Shown piece by piece: positions 49,562-63,284 of a DNA stretch of 64,000 nucleotides. Source of the DNA: Mobula hypostoma (taxonomy: Eukaryota). Each line of letters starts with the position of its first letter. The first letter of the stretch is position 1. The stretch lies in contig NC_086108.1 in the NCBI RefSeq assembly GCF_963921235.1, forward strand, positions 102,674,001 through 102,738,000. Direction: 5' to 3'. The notes below the pieces were generated by a model. It saw nothing but the letters and a program-made list of their open reading frames with translations. It did no database searches and had not been told where the DNA came from. The translations under genes and the position numbers were made by a program.

Positions 49562-52320
49562 TATTAATGTATTTGGAGCCATTTCTTTTAGAGCAATTAC
49601 ACCCTGCCCCTTAGCACTATATATTGATCTGTTTGTGCATGTGCTGTTGACTACATACGCACACTGTTCTCTCTCCCTCTCTCATCACAATGTGTATGCA
49701 CCAGTTAAAGCGTGCGTGCTTTTATTTAATTGATATGTAGTTGTGCACAGTTAGAACAAATTGGTGATGATGATGGCATCTGAATGTCAGAGTATATCTC
49801 GCACTGCACCGACAGTTACGAGACGAAACAGTGATAGTTAAATAGCACGAGATAGCAGTCACAGACACCAACAAATACATAACAGTGTAAGACGTGCTGA
49901 ATTTAAAGTGAAAATAATGTGATGATGGCTTCAATTGGGAATGTTGACGAAGTAGATAGCGAGACATGTATCTAGAGGGTCAAACAATGTGGAATAGCAG
50001 AAGAAAGCCCTTACACTTCTTAGCTTAATGGGCCTAAGAACATACAGTCTCTTATGCCACCGAGTAACTCCTGAAAGGCCAGCAAGCAAGGCATTTGACA
50101 AAATTGTTACAATTTTACAAAATCACTGGAGCCCTAAACTGCTGACAATAGTTGGAAGATTTAGATTTTACAAAAGGAACCGGTCAAAAATGAAAGCTTT
50201 TCTGAATACATTGCAGAACTGCGCAAACTTTCCCAGTACTGTGACTTTAGAGATGGACTTTCTGCTGCATTAAGGGACAGGCTTGTATGTGACATGCACT
50301 CAAAAGAGACTACTGTGAGAAAGAGACCTAACCTTATAACAGGCATTGATCATTACAATATCATTAGAGACTGCAGCAAAGGATGCAACAAAACTACGGA
50401 AAAAGAGGTTAGAATGTGAAATGCACAAACTATCCCTGATTGTTGCTAAAAGCAAAAACATTATCGATGTGGCAAATCCTCCCATGATGAAAATGGCTGT
50501 TGGTTCAAAGAAAAAAATCTGCAGAAGTGTCACAGACAAGGTCACATAGAGAGTGTGTGCAAATCAGACAAAAAGCACAACCGAGTGAGAAGTCTCAAAC
50601 ACAAAACTAAACAATTGCATACAGTTACTGAATGTAAAACAGAATCAGACAACATAGAGTCTGTCAAAGGTGAACTGTCATGCCTGGAACTGCATAGTAT
50701 AACTGAAGCAGATCACAAAATAATCTGGATCACAATAGATGTGTCTGGTGTAAAACTGAAAATGGATCAACTTTGACTATAATTTTGGAAGTTGACTACA
50801 ACAGACTTTTCTGAGATACCATGAGAGAAGACCTCAATGATACTAAAGACCTACACAGTTGAAAAGTGTCTCCCAAAGGCAAACTGAAAGTGAATGTGAC
50901 ATATAGAGGCCAAACACAGTGATTAGAGCTTTACGTGTTGAAAAGTGGAGGGCCAGCACTTTTCAGACATGAATGGTTGAGAAAAATCCAATTAGACTGG
51001 CACTCAATCAAAGCTCTTAGTGTGGCATCAACAGGCAACGGCAGCCCAAATGGTAGCACTGCCCAGAGACTGGCACAGCTGCCTAATGCCAATGAGAAGG
51101 TGTTTGAGAAGAGAATAGGTAAACAGACTTGGCCAAAAGCTGTTCGGGATGCCAAAAAATACAAAATGCACCCCCACAGGCACTATTACACCCGTGGGAG
51201 TGGCCGTCGTCACCGTGGCAAAGAGTACATATTGACTTAGCTGGGCTATTCATGGACTCCACGTTTCTGATTGCTGTGGATGCTCATTCGAAGTGACCAA
51301 TGACATCAACCACCTCAGCAAAGACTGTCTTCGCTCTGAGGACTATCTTCGCCAGAAATGGCTTAGCAGAACAAGAGTGAGTGACAATGGACCACAATAC
51401 ATGTCAGAAGAATTCTGACTGTTCATGAAGAAAAATGGCATCAGACATTTCAAGTCAGCTCCTCGCCAACAAATTGGCTATCTGAAAGGTTTATCCAAGC
51501 ATTCAAGAAGTCTATTAAAGTGATGGACAAGGAGGACATTTCTCTACAGCATGTGAACAACTTCCTTTTTGTGTATCGGAACTCTGTTCATGCAACAACA
51601 AATCAAACAACTGCAATGTTGTCCATGAACAGGAATCTGAGATCTGAAACTAGACCTACGCAGGAAAGTGCAGAATAAACAGTTCAGCCAGTTGCCAAGA
51701 GAGGCAGCAAGGAGCTTCAAGATTGAACAGGGAGTCCTAGCACTTGATTACCAAGAAGACAAATGGACACCCTACAGGATAGCTACAACAACTGGACCAT
51801 TGATGTACACAGTGGATGTTGGAGATCAGACATGTAGACATCATGTGGACCAGACCCTGGATGCTCAACTGAAGAACACACCTGAGTTGACTGCATCCAA
51901 TAAGATGGACACGTTACAGTCACCAGACTTACCTACCAATAACGATGTCACTGACAGCAACGTGACACCGGAAACCAAGAACATTGTCTTAGACAAGACA
52001 CCTACCAAAGCTGATGCCACGTCACAGGTCCAGAGGTCCTATCCCGAAAGAAACAGAGCGACACCCAAAAGACTGAATCTTTAGAACTGTGAAGTTAGAT
52101 ATGGACTGTTGTTGTGAAACCAAGTTTATTTTGAATATGGGTTTATGAAAGGGAAATTGATTGTTTTGTACATATACCATTTTATATTGCATTAATCTAA
52201 AGGAGGAGAAAGTGTAATGTATGGATCTATTTCTTTTAGAGCAATGACCCCCACCTTAGCATTACGTTCTGACCTGTTGTCTGTTCATGGGCATTGTTCT
52301 CTCTCTCTCTCTCTCTCTCT

Positions 52321-52352
<32 letters not shown>

Positions 52353-52437
52353 TTCTCTGTCTCGCTACAAGTCAATACACCATCTCCCGTGTGCATGCTT
52401 TCATTTAATTGATAGGTAATTGTGCACAGACACAACA
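49562..52437 (+). mobile_element. Gypsy LTR retrotransposon with both LTRs; RT and RNase H deleted
   Basis: LTRs about 49562-49758 and 52214-52437; PBS-like tggtgatgatg after the 5' LTR; PPT aaggaggagaaag; gag, zinc-knuckle, protease (LFRHEWLRKIQLDW) and integrase relics. Confidence 0.85.
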
Positions 52438-52699
52438 ATCTAAGCTTCCCCATTTCCACATCTGTTCTTTAAAGCACTCCCTTTCATCTAGTTCTTTGTC
52501 TGGGCTTTTGATTTAATGTTACCTTGTGCAATTCAATCAGAAATTGTCTGATTACTCTTTTGTGTAACGAGCTGAAGTATATTACTGCATTAAATGATTC
52601 TGACTGAAATTATCTTCGGAAAACCCCATTAAAACTTTTGTTATCTCTGGACTTGATTTTTCACTGACTTGCCTTCCTTCAGAAGCTTCAACTCACACA

Positions 52700-53387
52700 A
52701 AGTTTCAAGTTCCTGGGTGTCAAGGTCTCTGAGGATCTAACCTGGTCCCAACATATTGATGCAGCTATAAAGAAGGCAAGGGAGCAACTATACATCATTA
52801 GGAGTTTAAGGAGATTTGGTATGTCAACAAAAACACTCAAAAATTCTATAGATGTGCCGTGGAGAGCATTCTGACAGGCTGCATCACTGTCTGGTATGGG
52901 GCGGAGGGGGGGGGGGCTACTGCACAGGACCAAAAGAAGCTGCAGAGGGTCGTAAATTTAGTCAGCTCCATCTTGGGTACTAACTTACTAAGTATGCAGG
53001 ACATCTTCAAGGAGCCGTGTCGCAGAAAGGCAGCATCTATTATTAAGGACCTCCAGCACCCAGGACGTGCCCTTTTCTCACTGTTACCATCAGGTAGGAG
53101 ATACAGAAGCCTGAAGGCACACACTCAGCTATTCAGGAACAACTTCTTCCCCTCTGCCATCCGATTCCTAAATGGACATTGAACCCATGAACACTACCTC
53201 ATTTTTTAAATATACAGTATTTCTGTTTTTGCACAATTTTTAATCTATTCAATATACAAATACTGTAATTGATTTATTTTTACTTTATTTCTTCTACATT
53301 ATGTATTGTGTTGAACTGCTGCTGCTAAGTTAACAAATTTCACAGCACATGCTGGTGATAATAAACCTGATTCTGATTCGGATTCTG
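52700..53387 (+). mobile_element. Rex/Babar-like LINE 3' end (ATTCTG tail)
   Basis: ORF 52859-53182; reverse-complement match to 48056-48760. Confidence 0.85.
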
Positions 53388-55727
53388 AAGTTCCACTGCC
53401 CAGTTATGCATCTTGACTCACAAGTTCTATCTCCCTTGTTGGAAGGATAGAGCTTGTGCTGGTTATAGACTGTAATTTTGCTGCACTCTGGATCAAGGTC
53501 TCTTTCGGGGGGCTTTTGTTATTGCTTGCCACGGGGTGGGGGTGGGCTTGGTGCTTCTGCTGCTGTTTCTGCAAAGGCTGGGGGCGGTTTTGAGCCTTCG
53601 ATGTTCTCTCATTCATTCTATGAGGTCTTTTGTTTCACGGATATCTGTGAAGAGTAAGAATTTCAGGTTGTACACTGTACACATTTTCTGATATTATTTG
53701 AACCTAAAATGAAAGTGAACCTGAAAATGGTCATCCTCATTTTTAAACCTCATTATTCTCATCCAAAATACTTTGTGCTGATGCAATCCTCTCCAAAGTT
53801 ACTGCCTGATCTACTTAGCATTTCTATGCGTGATTTTGTTTTATTTCAGAGCTCTTGTTTATTCTATAATCAGCTCTGGCACTTTAAGCACTCTTCACAA
53901 TGCCTGCTGGGCTCCATTTCTGCACTCTTGGGTCCAAAGCTTGGAATTCATTTCAAATAACAGTCTATTCTTGTCTCTCTCATTTCGCTTTTAAGATATA
54001 CATTAAGCTTTAAAAAGTCCTCAGCCGGAAGCTTTAACTGATATTTCTTCACAGATGCTGCCTGACCTGCTGAGCTTTTCATTCCTGATTTCCACATTGT
54101 GCTAAACCATATATATAAGTTTTTTTTTGCTTTTCTATTAGAAATTCTAATTTCTAATGAAAAGTTCACACTTTAGCTTACCGTCCCATATCTTCTTATT
54201 TAGCTCACCACCAGATTTTGTCTCATCGTTCTTTTGTGCAAAGTTGTAAAGTTAAAGTCTCTATATAAATGCAAACTATTGTTATTGTCAGCTGCATTAT
54301 TGCAGAAACAGATTGTGAACCTCAGAAATACATTTTTTGCGCTTTGAATTGAATTGTGGTAATTAAACTGCTCATTCTAATCAATTTTATTATTAGTTAG
54401 GATATTACTTTGAAATGTAGAGCCTCTTGACTCTGAAGAACATTATGTACAGTACTTAATGAAACTATCTGTCACACTTATTTGTTCTTGAGATCAGCAA
54501 AAAGGCACTGGCAGAGCTTAGTCCTGTGACGATATGAATTAATATGAACATTTTTCAATTAGAGTTATAGAGTTGCGCAGAACAGAAACAGGGCCTTTGT
54601 ACCTACATGTCCAGGCTGACCTTTTCCTCCTGTCCTCGCTAATCTCCTTTTTCTACCTTTGGACCATATTCATAAGAGCAGAAGATACCCGAATCAGTTT
54701 ATTATCACTAATACGTTATGCAAAATGTCTTGTTTTGTGGCAGCAGTACAGTGCAATACATAAAAAGTGCTATAAGTTACAATAAGAAATAGTTCAATAG
54801 TTTAATAAAATATCAGAGAATGTATATGATAAACGTACAACCTGAAATCCTTGTTCTTTGCAGACATCCACAAAAACAGATTGGTGCCCCAAACAATGAG
54901 TGACAGTAGAAACATTACAACCCCAAAGCACCCCCTACTCCCCTCTCCCACACACAAGTAGCAGCAAGGCAACAGCGCTCCCCCTCCCCCACTTACTTCA
55001 GCAAAAAAAAATCAGCATCCTCCACCCACCAAGCAAGCAATAGCAAAGCTCCCAATAAAGACCGTGATCTGCTGTACAACAAAAACTAATCGTTCACCCG
55101 ACAATTCAACATGCCACAGGCTCTCTCTCTCCTTCCCTAATAAAGGGACAGAGAGATGTTACCCTTTCACAGCGAGAAGGGAGACCAACAAAAACAAACA
55201 ACTTGATGATTAAAAGTCTGCTGTGTCACTTTTTTTCCTGAGTACTCCCAACTTGCGAATCAGCAACAAACTCTCCCCCACCAACAAGAGGAAGAAAGGG
55301 AGAGTGCCATTTGCCGAGTACAGAGCCCCTGACAGCGGATCCACTGTTCCGGATGTTCCACTTTCTCCTGTGATGCTTCATTCGGTGTCACCAGCATAGA
55401 ATCAGCTCGTAACCCAGGGCCGTGAAATCGCGAAACCTTGAAGGCACACTTGTCTTCTAGGCCGCGTCCTTGGGATATTGAAAAATGGCCAGACAATCAG
55501 CCCCGGCAGTGGATCTTATTGCCGCAAAGAACTAAAGTTTGAGTGTAGCTCTTGGTCAGGGTCTTCGACAGAACCCCATCCACCTTGAAAAGGGAAAAGA
55601 GAGACATTGGAGGTAGAAATTAAGTTGCTTCCACAGAGGAGCTCGAAGAGGTCGCTGTCGAGCGCTATCGTAGTTCTGCCCAAATATAAAAAATAAACAG
55701 TGCAAAAAGAGATCAAAAAGTGAGACA

Positions 55728-56454
55728 TCGGCTATGATTTATAATATTATTATGAAACTTAGGAAAGCTCCATTTGATAAGATTAGGGTAGATTGGGAAC
55801 AGGAATTGGGGCTTACCATTTCTGTGGATGATTGGGGGCAGATTTTACAATTAGTTAATACTTCCTCTATTTGTGCTAAACATTCCCTAATTCAATTTAA
55901 AGTGGTTCATAGAGCACATATGTCCAAAGATAAGTTAGCGCGTTTTTACTCGCATATTAATCCTTTCTGTGATAGATGTTCGGGGCAGATAGCCTCTTTA
56001 ACTCATATGTTTTGGTCTTGCCCTACTTTGGAAACTTTTTGGAGAGATATTTTCAATATTATTTCTAAGGTATTAAATATAGATATCTCTCCTCACCCTA
56101 TTACTGCTATCTTTGGATTACCTAAAATTTCTAGTAATCTTTCCCCTTCAGCCCGTAGAATGATTGATATTTTCATAGCCCATTGCTTTGCTTTGCTTTT
56201 AGGTAGTTGCACGGTGGGTTTTTTTTTGGGGGGTTTTTTTTTCTTTTTTCTTTTTTTTTCCATTGATATATATAAAATCTAGTATACTATTATGTTATCT
56301 TGGTTTCTTATGCTTAAATTACATTGTTTGTAGTATTTTCTTTTTGGTATTGTTATCTTTTGGAATTTTATTGTACTTTAACATTGTATTAATGTTTATA
56401 TGGCTTACCTTTTTTGTATACTTACTCAATAAAAAGATTTAAAAAGAAAGAAAG
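55728..56454 (+). mobile_element. L1-like LINE 3' end with 13-bp TSD
   Basis: ORF2 C-terminal CCHC (CDRC...LTHMFWSC), T-rich 3' UTR, AATAAA at 56428, (AAAG)n tail; TSD aaaaagtgagaca at 55715-55727 and 56455-56467. Confidence 0.9.
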
Positions 56455-58849
56455 AAAAAGTGAGACAGTGTGCATGGGTTCATGGTCCATTCAGAAATCT
56501 GACGGTGGCGGGGGAAAAGCTGTTCCTAAAACGTTGAGTGTGTGTCTTTAGGCTCCTGGATCTTCTCCCTGATGGTAGTAGTGAGCATGTTCTGGGTGGT
56601 GGGGGCTGTTAATGATGGATGCCACCTTTTCAAGGAATTGCCTTTGGAAGTTGTCCTCGATGGTGGGGAGGCCCATGATAGAACTGGCTGAGTTTGCAAC
56701 CCTGTGCAGTTTTTGCTGATCTGTGTATAGGTACTTCCATGCGAAATGGTGATGCAACCAGTCAGATTGCTGTCTACGTAACTTTTCTGAAAATTTGCTA
56801 GAGTCTTTGGTGACAAACGAAATCTCCTCAAATTCCTAGTGATGGGACTAGGCAGAAAAACAGGTCGACCTGGTTAGGTGGACCAGGGGCTTGTTTCTGT
56901 GCTGTAGTGCTTTATGACTCTGATGAAGTCATCCTCTCCACATCCATTATCAGTAATTAAACAATCTTTCAATGCCCAGCATATTTAATTGTCAAAGGGT
57001 GCCACAATAGCATTGTGGTTTGTGCGACACCTTTACAGCTCAGGATGCTCCAGAGTTCAGAGTTCAATTCCAGCGCTGTTCTGTGAGGAATCTCTGTACG
57101 TCCTCCCCGTGGAATGCTTGGGTTTTCCCCGGATGCTTCGGTTTCCTTCCAGAGTTCAAAGACACACCAGCTAGGTTAATTGGTCATTGTAAATTGTCGC
57201 ATGGTTAAGTTGGGGTTAAGTGGAGCAGTGGTTTTACTGAGACAGCATGGCTTGAGAGCCAGATGGGCCTATTCCGTGCTGTATCGCTACATAAATAAAT
57301 AAACAAGTAATGTCTTTACTTCCCCCACCACGCCTTTCCTACCGTACTTCCTGTCCAAATGCCTTTCAAACAATGTGATCATATCTGCCTCCACTACCTC
57401 GTCTGCTAGCTCTTTTGTATTTAAAGCGGTGTTTGATACATTCTTGATTAGTAAGAGCCTCAAAGGCAACAGGGAGAAGGCAGGACAATGGGGTTAAGGG
57501 AGAAAATAAATCAGCCATGATTGAATGGTGGAACAGACTCAAAGGGCTAAACAGCTTAATTCTACTCCTCGGTCCTATGGTCTCATTCCAGATAACTACC
57601 TCCCTCTGTGTGAAGGACTCATCCCTCAGATCTTTAAATTTTTTCCCTCTTACCTTAATCCTCTGAACTCTCTCCAGTGCAATTGCGTCATTCCTATCGT
57701 GTGGCGATCAGAACTGCACAAAAATACTTAAAGTGCAGCCTAATCAATATTTTGTGAAGTTACAACATAACTTTCCAAAATTTTATATTAACCAAAGATG
57801 AGAAGACAGGCTTCTGTAAAGGCAATCCTGCTGCTTTGTTGAAAAGTTATTAGGTTCCGATGCCTCCAACCTGGTGGCATGAACATCAATTTCTCTAACT
57901 TATGGTCATTTCTTCCCCTCCCCTTTCTCTCTTTCTCCATTCCTCATTCTGGTTCTCCTCTTACCCCTTCTCTTCTTCTTGTCCATCCCTCTGTGTGTGT
58001 TGTTCTTGATCTCCAGCATCTGCGGAATCTTTTGTGTTTATCTTTCTAACACCATTTCATAGTTTGCTGCCCTGTGAAATTTTTATCAAAGAGGTATTAC
58101 CTTGGCAGAGCAGCTGTTGTATTAGAATGACTTTAACATTTTAGGTTAACATTTTATACTGATATCATTGGAGTTGAACTTTGAACCCAACACCTTTCTA
58201 AAAAAAAGTGTCTGGAGTACACCGTGGCTGTGAAGATCCCATCATTAACCAGGTTTGCGCTGTTAATACAGAGCACTTCGGGGTATTTAATTGACATCTA
58301 CATAAGAAATAAGAGCAGGAGTCAGCCACCTGGCCATCGGGCCTGATCTGCCATTCAATAAGATCATGGCTGATCTGGCCATGGACTCATCTCCACCTAC
58401 CTGCCTTTTCCCCATAACCCTTAATTCCCCTACTATGCAAAAATCTATCCACTTTCACATTTCATTCTTTCAGTTCTGATGCAAGGCATCAACTATTCCT
58501 TTAGCCCCAGAGATGCATCTCGGCCAGCCAGCTCCTCCAGCAGATTATTTGTTGCTCCGGATTCCATCATTTGCCATCTCTTTTGCCTCAACTAAACAGA
58601 TGATCCGATCAGGTCCCCCATTGCTGGTTGTGCCATCTTGTCACACACCAAGTGACTGGTGCAATTTCTATGTTACTGCCATGACAACATCATTATTAGA
58701 AAAGACATATCATAAGGCTGAGAAAAATATAATATTAATGTGGATTTTCCTGTGAGTATTGATCTCACAAATAGGTAACCATTCCATCTGGATAATGGAC
58801 AGCCAGAATCCACCTTATAGAGTTGTTTCTTAGGGCTGAAGCTTTGTAA

Positions 58850-59462
58850 GGTATTGGTCACATCACTTGGATAATTGTGAGAAGTTTTGAACCTCTTATC
58901 TCGGGAAGGATGCCCTGGCACTGAACAGTCTGAGGAGGTTTTCGAGAATGATCCCAGGAATGAAAGGGTTAACATATGAGGAGCATTTGATAGTACCTGC
59001 TGGATTTTAGAAGAAAGAGGGGGGATCTCGTTGAAACCTATTGAATATTCAAAGGCATACAGTGAACGTGGAGAGGATGTTTCATATAATTAACAAATAA
59101 AGTTCAAAAATTTCATGACATATGTCAGTGATATTAAACCTGATACTGATTCTGATATAGTGGGGGAGTCTAGGATTAGAGGCCACACCCTCTGAATAGA
59201 TGAATGTCCGTTTAGGATGGAGCTGAGGAGGAATTTGTTTAGCCAGAGGGTGGTGAATCTGTCAAATTCGTTGCCTCAGATGGCTGTGGAGGCCAAATCA
59301 TTAGGTATATCTAAAGTAGCAATTAATGGGATCTTGATTGGTAAGGGTATCAAAGGGTTCAGAAGAAGGTAGGCGAATGGGGTTGAGAGGGATAGTAAAT
59401 CAGCCATGATGGAGAAGAGTCGATAGGCTGAATGGCTTAGTTCTATTCCTACCTCTTATGGT
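58850..59462 (+). mobile_element. CR1 3' fragment with a short nested Rex-like tail
   Basis: Decayed ORF2 C-terminus and 3' UTR; ATTCTG-family tail at about 59105-59157. Confidence 0.75.
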
Positions 59463-59800
59463 GGTGGGGTGGGTTAACAGGTGGAGGTGTTGATCAGCCA
59501 GAGGGCTTGTAGGAGGGAACTGTTTTAGAGTCTAATGGTACTGGTGTGGATGCTGCATAGCCTCTCTCCTGAAGGGAGAGGAACAAACAGTTCATGAGCC
59601 GTGTGGATGTGACCCTTCATGATATTGCTGTCCTGTTATTGATTTCCCTATGAACATTGATATCACAATTAACTATCCAGAAAATGGACACCCAGAACCC
59701 ACCTTAGAAAGTTTGTTTCTTTATACTTTTTAGATGTAGTATCTAGTCTGGATGTGCCAAGGATAAAATGTCATTGATGCTTTTCTTTCAGTCTTCACAG

Positions 59801-60020
59801 GGCCAGTGGACGCAAAAAAATTCCTTATCATTACTATGAACCTGGGAGTCAAGACGAATGCGCAGAGTATGTCAGGCACGAAAAAGCCCTCCGTGGAGGT
59901 CACAGATTCATTACCGAGAAAGCCATCTTCGCCAAGTGGGCCAAACATCATAATATAACCTTCTCACACCCATCTAGTGAACTCTCTGACACAGGCGCAC
60001 AAACTCGGAAGGAGGACTGA
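59801..60020 (+). CDS. ST6GALNAC3: Terminal coding exon of the ST6GalNAc III-like gene (motif III and sialylmotif VS)
   Basis: ttttctttcagtcttcacag| acceptor, in phase with the 44115-44222 exon. Translates (R)ASGRKKIPYHYYEPGSQDECAEYVRHEKALRGGHRFITEKAIFAKWAKHHNITFSHPSSELSDTGAQTRKED*, with PYHYYE and HRFITEK motifs; TGA at 60018-60020. Confidence 0.9.
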
Positions 60021-63000
60021 ATATTCCAAGATGCGTTTAGAAGGAAGACATTGCCACTAATCTGTTTACTGTGGAAAACATTGCTCCTCCACTCTTTGAT
60101 TGTGCAGTGAATGCATATGGATTTTAACACAAACTTCTGCACCATCCCAGAAGGAAGAAAGAGCAAGTAGTTAAGTATTTAAAGCATTAAGTGTTTCACA
60201 AATGTACTAGTGTACATTTAATGGACACATATTAATCTGGCACTGTGTGTTGAAAAGTAGCACTTTAACACTTTGGCAATGGAAGACTCAACAATTTTTA
60301 ACCAGTGCTCTGGATTTTAAGTGGAGTGTTACCAGGCCTTGTGACTCCACCCCCTCATCCACTGCTCATTCAGGAAGATCAGGTGGTCTGACAAGAAATA
60401 CCGAAAGATTTGTTGGAGTTCAATCATAGCATCAAAATCAGAAAGGAAACAGCAGTTAATCTGGCAACATCTTCATGTAACAGGCCATTGATAATGTCGA
60501 CAATGGAAAGTTGCTCACTTCCTGAAGTGCTAAAACCCCTCTCCAGCACTGACAAGTCACGAGTTAGGAAAATGTATGTATCATTATCAACATTCAAGAA
60601 GTACTCGAGCTCTCAGGAAGAAGCTTGATTGACAATCCATCTACCGTCTAAAATGTAGAAAATAAGAGCGGAGTAGGCCAATCAGCCTATGAATCTGCAC
60701 TGCTATTCGAAGCTATCAGTGCCCAATCACCTATCTCAATAACATGCTCACACTCTTTCCCAATACCCCTTGCTGCTTTTTTTGTTGAGAAATCTACCTA
60801 CTCTGAAATTCATTGCCATGGACAGCTGTAGAGGTCAAGTCATTGGGTATATTTAAAGCAGAGGTTGATAGGTTCTTGATTAATAAGGGTGTCAGTGATT
60901 ATGGGGAGAAGGCAAGAGAATGGAGTTGAAACAGACGTTAAGTCAGCCATGATCGAGTGGCAGAGCAGACTCGATGGGCCAAATGGCCTAATACTTCTCT
61001 GATGTTTTATGGTCTTACGATCTACTTCTTAAATATATTCAGTGTCTTTTCCTACACCACAGGTTCACCATCTGCTGAATGAAGGAATCTCACCTCATCT
61101 CCATCCAAATTATTCTGAGACACTGCCATCTCATTTCAGAACCACTATTCACCACCGCACCACACAGCCGGAGAAACATTCTCCTTGTATCCACTCTTGT
61201 CTAATCAATGTAACATTTCACTGAGGGTTCCTCTTACTCTTCTACACTCTGGTGAACTCAATGTCTCTTTATACAATAATCCCTCCAGCAATCCCTCTGG
61301 TGAAACTCCACTCAGCTTTCTACCCTCATTAAGTGGTTGGTTGGTCGTCCGTCGTGTTGGTGACAGTGAAGAAAACTGTGCAGGAGAAATAAAGTGGGAA
61401 AACCATTGCACTGGGGCAGCTTCACTCTCTTGACATTGGAAGTCTAGGTCCAATGGCCCCGTAACTGTGTCTGACTTGGCTGCAGTGGATGACCATGTGC
61501 CTCATCATGCCCTTCTCCCTCCATGAGGCAGTGCGGAACCATCTTCCTGGACATTGGATCTATCTTTTGATCTTATCTGCCCAGTCCACCAGAGCTGACT
61601 ACACATGCTGGGACAGCTCAGCCCCCATCTCACTGGGGTATGAGGCCTGCTGACTACCCTCGGCTGCTTTAGCCTGCCTCTGCTGGGGTGTGGCCCCTTT
61701 TGCATGTAAGCAGCTACTTGGAGCCACAGGTGAGAGCTGAGTGTCCCGTGGGAACCAAAGGTGAGTGAGCTGCCCCAGAATGAACACAAGCCCCCTCACC
61801 AGAGGTGCCACCCCTTCCTGGACACCCCATTCACTCCTTTCCTTGGGTAAAGCAGCACACAATACTCCAGGTGCATTCTCACTATGACCCTCTATTAATG
61901 TAGAAGGACATCCTTGTTCCTGTACTCAGAGCTTGCAATAAATCCAACACACCGTTTACCATCAAAGGTTGCAAGGACAAGGCAGGAGAATGGATTGAGA
62001 AGGATAATAAATCAGCCATGATTGAATGGTGGAGATTACTTGATCATCTGAATGTCCCAATTCTGCCTCTGTGTCTTATGATCTTTTGGTCAAATTTACT
62101 TTTGGTAATGGGTATACGAAGACCCAGAAATCCTTTTGTTTACATCAACATTTCCCAATCTCTCACTATTTAAATAATACACCTGCCTTTCAGTGTTTTT
62201 CTACCAAAGTGGAACTTCACATTTCTCTGTGTTATACTGCTTCTGCCATAGAATTGGCAACTCATTCATCTTGAAACCTCTCCTCACATGCAATCCCATC
62301 CAGATTTATGCCCATCTGCTATTTTAGAATTGTTTTATTTGGTTCCCTCACTGAGAACATTAAGATATATTTCATAGGTTCATTTTATTGTCAAAATATG
62401 CATGTACAATACAACTCTTGATATTTGTCTTCTCCAGATAACCATTAAATCCAGAAAGACCATGGGTGCTGATGAAAAAAAAAGACATTAACTCCCCGCA
62501 CCCCCCGCAACCGGCATGAAAACGAAAAGAAACAAAATGTGCAGACCCAAAAATCCCACCCTCACCCGCAGCAAAAAAGAGCCATAATAACAATCCCCAA
62601 CCCCCCACACAAAACAATCCCCAACCCCCTCACTTGCAGCAAAGAACAGCAACCGTAACACCAAACCCCCAACCCCCTCTGACACACAATAATTAACACA
62701 TCACCCACCTGCCAATTGTCCAAAAGAAAGAAAACACCAAAAGAGCGAGTGAAACCAATATACAGTCCAACAATCACACAAATCTGAGAATACGGGAAAC
62801 GTCTTTTCACCTGCATACGAGGAGAGCAGCTGCACGGACTCAGTCCTTCCGTGAAGAGTAATTGCCAACCCGGTTCCTAATGCTGCCGACCCAGGGCCAC
62901 ATGCACCAATCCAGCTGCTGACTGCCTCTGTTGGGAGCTATCGCTGACCCCATCCACATTCACCTCAATGCTTCAATCTCCTTTGCTGCTCCAAGAAGGA

Positions 63001-63284
63001 GTCATTCATGATCCCATGCCTTGTCTCTGGTCTTTTATATTGTTTTCCAGCTGGCTCCCAAACACTGATCCCTGTGTTACCGCACTGGTTACCAAAGAAT
63101 GACCTCGTTCACACCTTGCTGCTGGTCAACCTATGTTCAATCCGTATTACATCCAATACCTTATGTTTTAATTTTGTGCACTAACCTCATTTTGTGGGAT
63201 TTTATCCAAAGCCTTCCAGAGCTATTCTACAAGTTACCTCTTTAGAAAACTCCACCAGTTATATTAAACAGAGTATTCCTTTCA

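Noticed and set aside
59730..60166. Minus-strand ORFs over the terminal exon
   Set aside because: Shadow frames of the plus-strand exon.
60021..62100. Poly(A) site of the gene
   Set aside because: The AATAAA hexamers I found (about 61388, 61937, 62006) all lie in repeats; the transcript end cannot be assigned from sequence.
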